DNA of 64,000 bases, from NCBI GenBank assembly GCA_021836035.1, contig JAKBJL010000001.1, positions 223,765 to 287,764 on the forward strand, written 5' to 3'. Numbering within the stretch: the stretch's first letter is position 1; each line of letters starts with the position of its first letter. Made by a program: the position numbers and the translations under genes. The stretch is from a bacterium (GTDB lineage Bacteria > Patescibacteriota > Microgenomatia > JAMCZE01). The notes beneath the pieces were generated by a model. It did no database searches, was not told the origin of the DNA, and saw nothing but the letters and a program-made list of their open reading frames with translations. Below are positions 45,899 to 55,908 of this stretch, piece by piece.

Positions 45899-46567
45899 AT
45901 GACAAAATCAATATTGGTTGTGGAAGATGATTTAGGAGTTCAGAAATATTTAAAAGAGCTCCTCTTGGACAATGGCTTCTTTATCCGTACGGCTAATGAC
46001 GGCATAGCCGCTTTAGATGTCTTTAACAGCTCTATTCCCGATTTAGTGCTACTGGACTTAGGATTGCCCAACATGAGCGGCGAAGTGGTTTGCCGGGAAA
46101 TCCGCCGCAAAAATCCCGAGACGCCGATAATTATCCTCACCGCCCGGGATACTACCAGCGATATCGTCGGCGGTTTAAACTTAGGGGCCGATGATTATAT
46201 TACCAAACCGTTTGATGCGGAAGAACTGCTGGCGCGTATTCGGGCCAGGTTGCGCCCGATCGGCGAAGAAACGATTCTCCAGGTCAGCGATTTGGAATTG
46301 AATCCTAAAACCATGGAGGTAAAACGCAACGGCCAGATAATTATGCTCACTCCCCAGGAATATAAATTATTACATTATCTGATGACCAACCGGGGAAGAG
46401 TTTTAACCCGGGAAATGATTCTTAGCCGCGTGTGGTTATACTCCCCGGAGGTGGAAAGCCGGGTAGTGGATATTTATGTCGGTTACCTGCGTAAAAAGGT
46501 TGATGCTAATCACGAGCATAAGCTTTTAAAGTCAGTCCGCGGTTTTGGTTATATGATTTCCGATTAG
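45899..46567 (+). CDS. Orphan OmpR-family response regulator
   Basis: ILVVEDD, LLDLGLP, GADDYITKPF, SVRGFGY. Confidence 0.95.
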   Translation: MTKSILVVEDDLGVQKYLKELLLDNGFFIRTANDGIAALDVFNSSIPDLVLLDLGLPNMSGEVVCREIRRKNPETPIIILTARDTTSDIVGGLNLGADDYITKPFDAEELLARIRARLRPIGEETILQVSDLELNPKTMEVKRNGQIIMLTPQEYKLLHYLMTNRGRVLTREMILSRVWLYSPEVESRVVDIYVGYLRKKVDANHEHKLLKSVRGFGYMISD

Positions 46568-47187
46568 GAAAGCCTGGCTTGCCACTCCAGGGAAAAATCG
46601 CCGATGGTTGTCGCCGGTCCGTGGCCCGGAAAAACTACCGTATCGCCCGGCAGGACAAGTAATTTATTCTGAATGCTGGCAGTAAGCTTTTTTTCGGACC
46701 CGTCGGGAAGATCCGTCCGCCCGGTATCACCGTGAGCGAAAATTGTATCCCCGCTGAATAGCGCTTCGTCCCCGTAAAAACTGACGCTGCCTAAGGTGTG
46801 CCCCGGCGTTTCCAGGACCCGCAGGGTAGTTTCCCCCAGGATAATTTTTTGATTTTGTCCGAGAAACCCGTCGGGTTCGGGAACAGGATCTACCTCCCGT
46901 TCTAAAAAATGAGCCGCAGTACCGCTGTGTCGTTTTAAGAGGGGAAGATCCGCCCGGTGGATCAGGAAAGGACAATTAAAAGTGAGTTTCACTTCCAAAA
47001 GACCCAATAGGTGGTCAAAATGGCCGTGGGTAGCAAGGATATATTTACAGGTTAATTTTCTTTCCAGAACTTTTTGGATTAAAAAGCCCCCCTCATCCGC
47101 CGGATCGATAATTAATGCCTCGCCGCTGTCGGCAAGCAGATAAGCATTAGTCTGCATCTCCCCCAAGGGATACGTTTCTATTTCCAT
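46564..47187 (-). CDS. MBL-fold metallo-hydrolase (glyoxalase II-like)
   Basis: IIDP, THGHFDH, TPGHT, FSGD, PGHG. Confidence 0.93.
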   Translation of the reverse strand: MEIETYPLGEMQTNAYLLADSGEALIIDPADEGGFLIQKVLERKLTCKYILATHGHFDHLLGLLEVKLTFNCPFLIHRADLPLLKRHSGTAAHFLEREVDPVPEPDGFLGQNQKIILGETTLRVLETPGHTLGSVSFYGDEALFSGDTIFAHGDTGRTDLPDGSEKKLTASIQNKLLVLPGDTVVFPGHGPATTIGDFSLEWQARLS

Positions 47188-47227
47188 TCTCCGCTTATTT
47201 TACCTTACTCTGTGAGAAAATAGGGTA

Positions 47228-47914
47228 ATGGAAAGAAAACGCTTATTAATAACACTGCTGGTTTTAACGGTAGCCGCCGGAGGAGCAGTCTACTTATTAA
47301 AAGCCCTCAGATCTGACAATTATTCCCAGAACAGCATGTCTAATAATGTAAGCCGGATTTCTCCGGCTCCTTCCGCCGCGCCTTCGGCCGCATATTACTA
47401 TCCGATTTCAGATTACACCGGCCGTTTGAAAATTCGCTGGTACGGGAAATATTTAACAGCGGAAAATATTTCCGAGGTTCCCTGCGGCAGGGTGTTCATC
47501 GGTTACCATACCGGTGACGATTTGGAGACGACACCGGCGGAAGCCAACCGGCAAATTCCCGTTTATTCCATAGGTAACGGGAAGATTTTGCAGGTGGGGC
47601 ATGTTGACGGTTACGGCGGATTAATTGTCGGGGAATATAATCTGGCCGGGGAGCAGACTACGGTTTATTATGGACATATAAATTTGCGAAGCGCCCTGGT
47701 AAGACCCGGAGATTTGGTTAGCCCCGGGCAAAAGCTTGCGGATTTAGGTGCCGCCTGTTCCGCGCAGACCGACGGCGAAAGAAAGCACCTGCATTTTGCG
47801 ATTCATAAAGGTCCGGGAATTGATGTCCGCGGTTATGTCCCGACTGCCGGGGAATTATCTTCCTGGCTAAACCCCTCCGCAGAATTAAAAACTCTGGATG
47901 CTGTTAAAGATTAA
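47228..47914 (+). CDS. M23 family metallopeptidase
   Basis: YHTGDD (HxxxD), YGH, HLHF. Confidence 0.88.
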   Translation: MERKRLLITLLVLTVAAGGAVYLLKALRSDNYSQNSMSNNVSRISPAPSAAPSAAYYYPISDYTGRLKIRWYGKYLTAENISEVPCGRVFIGYHTGDDLETTPAEANRQIPVYSIGNGKILQVGHVDGYGGLIVGEYNLAGEQTTVYYGHINLRSALVRPGDLVSPGQKLADLGAACSAQTDGERKHLHFAIHKGPGIDVRGYVPTAGELSSWLNPSAELKTLDAVKD

Positions 47915-48947
47915 ACGCGAATAGACTCTTGTGAAGCTTCAAAAAAATCGGGGGTGACTTAACGTGAAGGTCGATTTAGCATTTATTTCCTATTGCCTTT
48001 GTTGACCGAGCTTTATGCCGGTACGCTCAGTATATTTTTCCGGGGTTTCACCCCAAAGTGGTTCTTCGCCGCCGACCAGCTCCCAGTAGCGCTGGTATTT
48101 TTTCGCCGCTTCATGCTTATTATCCCTTTTAAAATATCTCTTTTCGTTTATTTCTCTTGAGGCCCCCGATAGGGTCTCGGGTTCCGTTGGATTTTTAGAG
48201 TAATTAGTATCTGTTTTATGTAACGTAAAGAGGTTCCAAACACCCGAAATTTTTCTTCTTAAACTCGGTTTTTCCGTTCCCTTATCGCAGACGACAAAAT
48301 AATATTTTGCCGCCGAAATATTGGGCGCGCACCAGGGGGCAATCGACGATACGGACAGTACCGCCTAACCGGGCAATATCACCGACCTTGAATTGGCAAT
48401 CTGTGCACTTGACCAGGGGGAGTGCTGCCGGTATTTCCGGGGTTTTTATCCTAAATTCCGGGCAGCAAGCGCAATTCATCCGAAGGGAAAATGTTTGCCA
48501 AGTACTTTACCACGAAGATGTCTTTTAGAAAAAGAAGACTTCTTTTCTGGTCTATTTACCCAAATACCCGATTAACCCGTTGGGTAGAACCCCCCTGATG
48601 TTCTATAGGCTATGTCGCTGGAAGATTAAAAATAATCGGGCGACACGGTTTTACGATCCAGAAGAGGAAACGCTTGCTATTTAAAAAAGGCGGAAAGTGC
48701 GGCTGCTGTGGAAAATATTACTAATGGGCGCTTCAATCCTCAGCGCGTAGATTATACTCACGGCGACGATCTGCACATAATTGGTGCCATGGCTTAATAA
48801 CCCAGTATGGTAAAGACGGGGAAACGGGGTAAAGGAAAGCGTCTTGAGTCGGGCAAGAAAGAAACTATCCCCGTTTATATTCCTGAGGAAAAGTTTTCAT
48901 TTTACGACCCAGAACAGTCCCGCCTTAAATATAAAAAGCCTACCTCT

Positions 48948-49151
48948 TTATTTTTCCCAAGCCTTTCGGGAAACTGAGGCTTCGGCGGGGGTTAAAATCT
49001 TTATGATTATTCCCATTTGCACCAACACGGAATCGCCGATCTCCACCTTTTCGTCGGTGATAAGCGCCGGATTAACAATATTTCCCGGGTAGCGGACGCG
49101 GGCTCGGCCGTTTTTGATTCCGATAACTTTTCCGGGTATGGCGAGGCACAT
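48948..49151 (-). CDS. hypC: Hydrogenase maturation chaperone HypC-like
   Basis: MCLAIPGKV, GD.VLV.MG (the usual His reads Gln). Confidence 0.85.
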   Translation of the reverse strand: MCLAIPGKVIGIKNGRARVRYPGNIVNPALITDEKVEIGDSVLVQMGIIIKILTPAEASVSRKAWEK

Positions 49152-49177
49152 ATTGCGTTATAATAGTATACCAGACT

Positions 49178-49696
49178 ATGCCCAACCTGCCCGGATTCCC
49201 ATCCCGAACCGTTCCCCACAAGCTGGTGGTCGGCTGGTTCTCCTTTACCTGCTGCGAAGACAGCACCATTCTTTTCACCGAACTTTTAAATGAGCATTAT
49301 GACGAATGGAAAAAAATAATTGAATTCCGCAGCGCTAAAGTCCTCAAAAGCAAAAACGATATGACGGGCTTGGATGTCGCTTTTATTGAAGGAGCGATTT
49401 CTTCGGAAAAACAAGCCGCGGAAGTAAAAAAAATCCGGGAAAATTCCCGTTACGTAGTTGCCATCGGCTCCTGCGCCTGTACCGGTAAACCTTCGGCCGC
49501 GCGTAACGATTTTGTGGGGCCGGAACTGAACGAGAAGATCCGTTGGTATCTTTCGAATTTTAATTATAACCAGAAAGTGCAAAAGCTGGATGAAGTCATT
49601 AAGGTGGATGACCAGGTAAACGGTTGCCCGATGAATACGGAAATATTTCTTCTTACCCTGCAAAAATATCTCAAACTTTTTAATATTAACGAATAA
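49178..49696 (+). CDS. NiFe hydrogenase small subunit (group 3-like delta), truncated to the proximal-cluster domain
   Basis: FTCCEDS, DVAFIEGA, VAIGSCAC.G, GCP; only 172 aa. Confidence 0.85.
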   Translation: MPNLPGFPSRTVPHKLVVGWFSFTCCEDSTILFTELLNEHYDEWKKIIEFRSAKVLKSKNDMTGLDVAFIEGAISSEKQAAEVKKIRENSRYVVAIGSCACTGKPSAARNDFVGPELNEKIRWYLSNFNYNQKVQKLDEVIKVDDQVNGCPMNTEIFLLTLQKYLKLFNINE

Positions 49697-49701
49697 AATT
49701 T

Positions 49702-51003
49702 ATGCACTCCGGGAATTTAGATATTGAAGGCATAACTAAAATTGAGGGCGCGGCGGGACTTAAAGTAACGGTTGCTGACGATAAAGTCACCGATTTGAAA
49801 TTTATCATCGCCGATTACCGGCGCTTTTATACCGAAGCGGTTAAGGGGAAGTCTTTAAACGCGATTCCCCCCTTTCTTTCGCGGATTTGCGGAACCTGTT
49901 CGATAGCTCACCTTTTTGCTTCCATCGAGGCGATCGAGCGTTCCCAGGACACTCCCGTTTCCGAACAAACCATGCTTTTACGGCGCCTGGTTTATGACAG
50001 TTTTATGATCCGTGACCATGCACTGCATCTTTATTTCTTTGTTCTCCCTGATGTTTTAGGGCTGGACTCAATTCTCGAGATTCCGGACAATCCTAAAGAT
50101 CTGGGCCATATTTTGCTCCACGATTCTTTCGAAATTAAAAAAGTAGGCACGGATTTAGCAACTGCCATTGCCGGGGCGGCGATACACGCGCCCTATCCGA
50201 CTATCGGCGGCTTTTTGAAATTGCCGGATGACAAGATCTTCCCGGATTTCAGCAGGAAACTGGAGGATCTGCGACCGCGGGTTTTGCGCGCCATTAAATT
50301 TTTTGCCGATTGGAAAGAAGAATTAATCCGCAATTCCGATTATCTTTGTTTGCAGCATCTTAACCGCTATGATTTTATCCAGGGAGAGATCGTTAATTCC
50401 AATGGCAAAAGGGTCGCCGAGGAGGGATTCCGGGATTTCTTGCGGACTGTCGTTATACCTTATTCCCAATCGGAAGGCTACATCTTTTCCGACACCTACG
50501 AGGATTATTTAGTCGGCGCTTTAGCCCGCATGAATCTGAATAAAGCGCGTTTAAATCCCCGGACCGAAAAGGATACCGCGCCGTATTTAAATTTTTTCCC
50601 TTCTAATAATATCTACCATAATAACCTGGCTCAGGCGATCGAAGTTTTACAATGTATCGATGACGCGATCGAAATAATGAAAAATATCCATTTAACTTTC
50701 GAGAGGCCCCCCTTCAAATTGCCAAAAGCCGGGGTTGGCGTCGGGGTTGTCGAGGCGCCGCGGGGGACTTTATATCACAAAATTGAGGTTAATAATGAAG
50801 GCCAGGTCGCCAATTACGATGTTATCGTTCCCACTTCGCAAAATCAAATTAGTATCGGCAATGACCTGAAAAAATATTTTAATGAGAACCTGGACAAAGA
50901 CGAAAATTTATTAAAACACGAGGCGGAAAAAATTATTCGGGCTTACGATCCCTGCATGTCCTGCGCGACCAACTTTCTGAAGATTGACTGGAGCCGCAAA
51001 TAA
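49702..51003 (+). CDS. NiFe hydrogenase large subunit (group 3b-like)
   Basis: KIEG, L1 RICGTCSIAH, EAPRGTL.H, PT.QN, L2 RAYDPCMSCATN. Confidence 0.92.
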   Translation: MHSGNLDIEGITKIEGAAGLKVTVADDKVTDLKFIIADYRRFYTEAVKGKSLNAIPPFLSRICGTCSIAHLFASIEAIERSQDTPVSEQTMLLRRLVYDSFMIRDHALHLYFFVLPDVLGLDSILEIPDNPKDLGHILLHDSFEIKKVGTDLATAIAGAAIHAPYPTIGGFLKLPDDKIFPDFSRKLEDLRPRVLRAIKFFADWKEELIRNSDYLCLQHLNRYDFIQGEIVNSNGKRVAEEGFRDFLRTVVIPYSQSEGYIFSDTYEDYLVGALARMNLNKARLNPRTEKDTAPYLNFFPSNNIYHNNLAQAIEVLQCIDDAIEIMKNIHLTFERPPFKLPKAGVGVGVVEAPRGTLYHKIEVNNEGQVANYDVIVPTSQNQISIGNDLKKYFNENLDKDENLLKHEAEKIIRAYDPCMSCATNFLKIDWSRK

Positions 51004-51341
51004 TTTATTTTTTTCCCCGCCGGCAGGGCGATAACGCGGAAATTTTTCAACTTCCCCAGTTTTTTCAGGTAGTGCAACTGGAAACCCAAATCAAAATCAT
51101 GGACGGTATTGCGGGGGGGAAGCTGGATTTTTTCCAGATCTTCCTGGGTAAACAAAGTAATCCCGCGGATATACAAAGCAGAGTCCATGATAGTGATGTT
51201 TCCTTTGCCCGGAAGAAGGTCGGCATTCGGCGGAATGATCTTGAAGTTTATGCCTGTAATTTTGTTACGTAATTTTACCGCGGCTTTCAGGGCCGGATTA
51301 TCTTCCTTCACGTCCGGATTGCCGAAGATATAAACATCCAC
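50943..51341 (-). CDS. Hydrogenase maturation protease-like protein
   Basis: IFGNP...ED, IMDSA, TVHDF; convergent with and overlapping the large subunit. Confidence 0.65.
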   Translation of the reverse strand: MDVYIFGNPDVKEDNPALKAAVKLRNKITGINFKIIPPNADLLPGKGNITIMDSALYIRGITLFTQEDLEKIQLPPRNTVHDFDLGFQLHYLKKLGKLKNFRVIALPAGKKINYLRLQSIFRKLVAQDMQGS

Positions 51342-51381
51342 GTGCTTATTTTACAGGATACGGATATTTTGTGGTATTCTA

Positions 51382-52110
51382 GTGCGGATGAATAATCTGG
51401 CCGCCTTACAGTTATCAGCCCGGTTTTCCCTGGCGCCGAATGCTTTGGGTTATTGCGGTAGAAATAGCGCCCAGGAAAAATTTAAAGAATGTATCCGTCT
51501 GGGAGAGTGTTCCGGAATAAAAGAGGAAATTACGAAATTTATCGTTCTTCACCCCTATTTAGAAACACTTGCCGCTATTACTAAGCATGATAAGTATGAT
51601 TATCAGGTAGTAGAAGCCTTTTGGTTGGGGAACAAGTTTCTGGAAAAAGCCCAACCCGAACACTACGGATTGCTCCTGGAAAATTTTAGGAAACAGGGAG
51701 TGCCTGATTGGCTGGTGAAGGATTTAAAGGAGAAAAACCCCCGGAAATTTATTCCTTTTCATCTCTTCCAGGTTCTGCATGTGGGCGTCGGCCGGGCGAG
51801 CGGAGCAGTGCCGTTCAATTTGAAAACCATTAATAATTGCATGATCCGCTGGGGGAGAGTAAAGAAAATAGCACAAAGAGAAAAGAAGATGGACATAAGT
51901 TTAAATTCCTTACGGAAGCGTGGTAAAGGATACTATTTATATATAGAGCAGACAACCGTGAGCTTTGTTCCCGACTTGGTTCAAGTGGCGGTGGGAGATG
52001 TGGCAGCCGTTCACTGGGGCTTGGTGGTCAAGGTGCTTACGGCGCGGGAAGAGGAGCAGCTTGCTTTTTGGACCAAAGAGGTTTTGCAAAGCTTCGCGCC
52101 TGCCGGGTAA
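51382..52110 (+). CDS. DUF6390-like protein
   Basis: F...PN.LGYCG, PYLE..A, VVEAFWLGN, PFHLFQVL, NCMIRWG, GD.AAVHW. Confidence 0.75.
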   Translation: MRMNNLAALQLSARFSLAPNALGYCGRNSAQEKFKECIRLGECSGIKEEITKFIVLHPYLETLAAITKHDKYDYQVVEAFWLGNKFLEKAQPEHYGLLLENFRKQGVPDWLVKDLKEKNPRKFIPFHLFQVLHVGVGRASGAVPFNLKTINNCMIRWGRVKKIAQREKKMDISLNSLRKRGKGYYLYIEQTTVSFVPDLVQVAVGDVAAVHWGLVVKVLTAREEEQLAFWTKEVLQSFAPAG

Positions 52111-52975
52111 TTACCGCTAACCCCAGCACCATCGCCAGAGCCTGAAGAACCATATCCATAGTCCAGAGGTGAGTAACAAAAATTGCCGAGAGCAGATTGG
52201 TAACCAGCGTGGCCGTAACCAGAACCGCGGCGACGGTTGTTGCCGGGGCGTATTTTAAAGCCCGGTACCAGAAGGCAACGTAAAGGGTCAGAGTGCCGAT
52301 GGCCAGCAACAAAAGCAGCCATTGCCCGCTACTTAGCGTAAAAGTCTTTCCCAGTGCCCGGGGATAAAGAAAAAGAGATGCACCAACCAGAATCAACGAG
52401 CCCAATCCCAATCTTACTCCGGTTACAATATCCGGGTCCACGTTTCGCAATGTTTTTTTTGCCAGAATAGTTTCCGCCGCCCAAAGAATGGTGGCCGCGA
52501 GAATCATAAGTTCCCCGTTGCTTAAACGAAACATTTTAAACCCGCCAACCAGCAGATTACCGCCGAAAAGGAGAACTACCGCCAGCAGCATGGTTTTAGT
52601 TAAGCGCTCTTTTAACAGGGGCACAGCGAGAAATGCTACCCAGATAACCAGGGTCTTATGGATTAGCGCCGCGTTAATAGCCGGAACCTGTGAGAGGCCC
52701 GTAAAGTACAGATAAAAAGGAATCGTTCCCCCGACGAGGGCGATAGCTAACAGCTGGTAGATTTCGGTTTTGGTCAGGGCCCGGAGTTTTTGCCATTTGC
52801 CTGCCAGGAGAATAAAAGAAACGATGAGGATCCCGGCACCAACATTTTTTATGGCGGTGAAAAACAGTGGCGGTGTAATTACGCCCACGGCAAATTTATT
52901 CGTAAAATTGGCAACCCCGGAAATCAGAGCGGCCAGAAGAGCGAAATAGAGTCCTTTTTTATAGGCAGATTTCAT
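52037..52975 (-). CDS. DMT/EamA family transporter
   Basis: Two EamA repeats, LYFTGL, LLKERL, WYRALK. Confidence 0.85.
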   Translation of the reverse strand: MKSAYKKGLYFALLAALISGVANFTNKFAVGVITPPLFFTAIKNVGAGILIVSFILLAGKWQKLRALTKTEIYQLLAIALVGGTIPFYLYFTGLSQVPAINAALIHKTLVIWVAFLAVPLLKERLTKTMLLAVVLLFGGNLLVGGFKMFRLSNGELMILAATILWAAETILAKKTLRNVDPDIVTGVRLGLGSLILVGASLFLYPRALGKTFTLSSGQWLLLLLAIGTLTLYVAFWYRALKYAPATTVAAVLVTATLVTNLLSAIFVTHLWTMDMVLQALAMVLGLAVITRQARSFAKPLWSKKQAAPLPAP

Positions 52976-52983
52976 TTGTGAGA

Positions 52984-53034
52984 AGCGTAGTGCGTTTAGC
53001 GCAAAGAATTTCTATACGCTATCCGCTTTCCGCT
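52984..53034. repeat. Heptamer-periodic imperfect inverted repeat
   Basis: agcgtag-tgcgttt-agcgcaa / atacgct-atccgct-ttccgct. Confidence 0.6.
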
Positions 53035-53311
53035 ATTGTGGAAACACTTGTTTTCCCGTTTCCGTATCGGTAATCACGATAGCTTTGACGGGGCAGGATT
53101 GGGCGGCAAGAAGAAGATTTTCCGGCGTGTCATTGCCACCGTTTTTAATTACGGCTTTATTTTCCGCATCTAATTCAAAAACCTGCGGGGAAACGGCAAC
53201 GCAGGTCGCCGCGCCGATACAGAGACTGCGGACTACTTTTACCCGGTATTTTCCGACCTGGACAACTTTATTTTCCGTAGGAGTAGTAGTTGCTGCCGGC
53301 TGATCGCTCAT
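53033..53311 (-). CDS. Ferredoxin (monocluster, 3Fe-4S-like)
   Basis: CIGAATC...CP (the second Cys of CxxCxxC is replaced by Ala). Confidence 0.88.
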   Translation of the reverse strand: MSDQPAATTTPTENKVVQVGKYRVKVVRSLCIGAATCVAVSPQVFELDAENKAVIKNGGNDTPENLLLAAQSCPVKAIVITDTETGKQVFPQ

Positions 53312-53353
53312 TTATGCTTTACAGTTTAAAGAAAATTTTGTCTCTTTGCAACA

Positions 53354-54205
53354 TTAAGAATATTTTTTCAGCAGTTCGGAAATATCGCGGCGGAGGGGAG
53401 GTTCGTAGACCAGGGGTTTGGGGACAATTTGGGAAATCTGGGATTCAGCGGTCGGGCGGTCTTCCTCATAAAGAATCCCCAGAGGAATTTGTTTGGGACC
53501 CCACTCCCAAGCTTTAGCAAGAGCGGCCATTTTGTCGTGGGGATTATATTTTTCGTCTAAATGGTAGATATTTTCCTGGTAAAACTGATGGGTATATTCT
53601 TTATTAAAAGTAACGCAGGGCTGAAGGATATCGATAATAGCCAGACCTTTGTGGTTGTTAGCTTTAATTATAAGCTGTGACAGCCCGGGAATATCCCCCG
53701 CGTAGCCGCGAGCGGCAAAGGTAGCTCCGGCAGTAATAGCCAGCGCCAGTGGCCGGAAAGGCTCATCGGGATTGCCAAACGGCGTGGATTTGGATTTAAA
53801 ACCGCGGGGGGAAACGGGGGAAGTTTGGCCGGTAGTTAAACCATAAACACCATTGTCGTGTAGCAGAATAGTCAGGTCATGGTTCCTCCGGCAGGAGTGG
53901 ATTAGGTGGTTTCCTCCTTCCCCCAGGCAGTCGCCGTCGCCGGTAATGACAAAAACATTTAAGTCGGTGTTAGCTAGTTTTATGCCGGTGGCCACGGGTA
54001 TTGCCCGCCCGTGCAGCCCCTCAAAGGAAGTAATTTTCGTAAAATTTAACAGATGCCCATGGCAGCCGATGCCGGCAACAAGCGCGGTATTGGCATTGTC
54101 CCAGCCGGCCTGAGTAGCGGCGTTTTTTAACGCCGCCCAAATGGCAAAGTTCCCGCATCCGGGACACCAGGTTGGAAAACAGGAGGTGTTTAAATTTTCA
54201 ACCAT
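53354..54205 (-). CDS. korB: 2-oxoacid:ferredoxin oxidoreductase beta subunit
   Basis: WCPGCG, GIGC, HGRA, GDGD..GEG.NH, DNGVYGLT.GQ.SP, QPC; substrate not assignable. Confidence 0.93.
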   Translation of the reverse strand: MVENLNTSCFPTWCPGCGNFAIWAALKNAATQAGWDNANTALVAGIGCHGHLLNFTKITSFEGLHGRAIPVATGIKLANTDLNVFVITGDGDCLGEGGNHLIHSCRRNHDLTILLHDNGVYGLTTGQTSPVSPRGFKSKSTPFGNPDEPFRPLALAITAGATFAARGYAGDIPGLSQLIIKANNHKGLAIIDILQPCVTFNKEYTHQFYQENIYHLDEKYNPHDKMAALAKAWEWGPKQIPLGILYEEDRPTAESQISQIVPKPLVYEPPLRRDISELLKKYS

Positions 54206-55907
54206 TTTGGACTTTATTTATTATTTCCTCTGGGTATATTGGTCTACCGTCGTATTTTAAAAAATTATCCGTGATTTCTAAACCGGTTTTTTCTCTGATT
54301 AATCCGCCCATCTGGGCAGTAAAATTATTTTCGATATTGATAAGGTGCTTAGCCTTACTTAGTTGTTCTTTGACGGTAGTTGCCGGGAAAGGGCTGGCGG
54401 AAGTGATGTGTAGATAATTAACACCATCCAGAACTTTTAAAGCCTCAAGGATGCTTCCCTTGTTACTGCCCCAGGAAATAATAGTCGTTTCCGCTTCTTT
54501 GGGACCATAAAGAATAGGCGAAAAAAGATCGCGTTTACGGCAGGTTTCCAATTTCTGCATCCGTTTATCCATCTGCTTTCGGCGCATCTCCGCTTCCTCG
54601 GTACTGAATCCGGTTTCATCGTGTTCATCGGAGTTGGCGAGAATAAAAGTATCGTGTCCGGGAATTGCCCGCAGGGAAATGCCGTTTTCCGTTAGGGCAT
54701 AACGCTGATAATTTTCCCTCACTCCTCCGCTAAATTCGCCCCGGTCCAGTTTATAACCGGAAATATCAAAAGGCGGAAAACTTTGATCGTCCTCACAAAT
54801 GTTTTTATCCACCAAAACGACCACCGGTGTTTGGTAGATGTCGGCTAAATTAAAAGCTTCCATAGTAAATCGGAAGGCTTCTTCGGGATCTCCCGGCGCT
54901 AAGATAATTTTAGGAAAATTGCCCTGGTGGGCATGGAGAACAAAACGTAAGTCGCCCTGTTCGCTCCAGGTGGGAAGGCCGGTTGCCGGTCCGGGCCGCA
55001 TTCCTTCGATAATGACCAGCGGCGTTTCCGTCATACCCGCCAAGCCGTAACCTTCCGCCATCAAACAAAAACCGCCGCCGGAGGTTGCGACCAAGGACCG
55101 CGCCCCCGCAAAAGAAGCGCCGATGGCCATATTAATACCGGCGATTTCGTCCTCCGGCTGTTTAAATATGAACCGGTATTTTTGCTGCCAGGGGGTCAGG
55201 TTGTGCATAATGTTGGAAATCGGGGTCATAGGATAAATCGCGGCGAATTGCATACCGGCGGCAATGGCTCCCATAGCGATCGCGTCGTTGCCGTTGACGA
55301 TAATCTGCGGAGCAATTTCGGGACGGGGGGTAAGAATTTGCAGGGCAAATTTCCCAAATTGATCATGGGCAAAGTTAAAACCTTTTTCCGCAGCGGTTTG
55401 ATTTTGGGTAACAACGATCGGTTTTTTGTCCGCAAATTCTTCGGCCAAAAGTTGCTGTAGAATTTCCAGTTTGCCGCCGAGGAGTGCTAAGGCAGCGCCT
55501 AAAGCGACGGTGTTAGTCAGCAGGTCGTTGCCGATTTCCCGGGCGGTTTTTAATAAAGGAACGGGGCAGAGATGAAGGTTCGTCCCCAAGCCTTCGGTGT
55601 TCATACTGCTGCCGGCATCAAAAAGGAGAAAGCCGTTTTCCGGCAATTCTGCCGCGTGTCGTTTTACCGTTTCCTGGTCTAAAGCCACGAGGAAGTTGGT
55701 TTGTTGGGTCGGCGCGGCAACTTTGCCCGCAGCGACAGTAACGCTCATGACATTATGACCGCCGCGGACCAGCGATGGATACTCAGTGTGATTAAAAATG
55801 CCGTAACCCGAGCGGGTGGCGACTTTGGCCAAAATCAGCCCGGCGGATTTAATTCCCTGACCGGCCTGGCCTCCGATTTTAAAAGTAAAAAGTGCGGAAT
55901 GGGACAT
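54198..55907 (-). CDS. korA: 2-oxoacid:ferredoxin oxidoreductase alpha subunit (gamma-alpha fusion)
   Basis: GGQAGQG, VRGG, YPMTP, EDEI, TSGGG..LM.E, RPGPATGLPT. Confidence 0.93.
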   Translation of the reverse strand: MSHSALFTFKIGGQAGQGIKSAGLILAKVATRSGYGIFNHTEYPSLVRGGHNVMSVTVAAGKVAAPTQQTNFLVALDQETVKRHAAELPENGFLLFDAGSSMNTEGLGTNLHLCPVPLLKTAREIGNDLLTNTVALGAALALLGGKLEILQQLLAEEFADKKPIVVTQNQTAAEKGFNFAHDQFGKFALQILTPRPEIAPQIIVNGNDAIAMGAIAAGMQFAAIYPMTPISNIMHNLTPWQQKYRFIFKQPEDEIAGINMAIGASFAGARSLVATSGGGFCLMAEGYGLAGMTETPLVIIEGMRPGPATGLPTWSEQGDLRFVLHAHQGNFPKIILAPGDPEEAFRFTMEAFNLADIYQTPVVVLVDKNICEDDQSFPPFDISGYKLDRGEFSGGVRENYQRYALTENGISLRAIPGHDTFILANSDEHDETGFSTEEAEMRRKQMDKRMQKLETCRKRDLFSPILYGPKEAETTIISWGSNKGSILEALKVLDGVNYLHITSASPFPATTVKEQLSKAKHLINIENNFTAQMGGLIREKTGLEITDNFLKYDGRPIYPEEIINKVQNG

Positions 55908-55908
55908 A

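Noticed and set aside
47915-48940. About 1 kb without a convincing gene (also 1210-1600 and 30810-31400)
   Set aside because: Only short ORFs with no motifs or clear RNA structure; probably decayed genes that I cannot identify.
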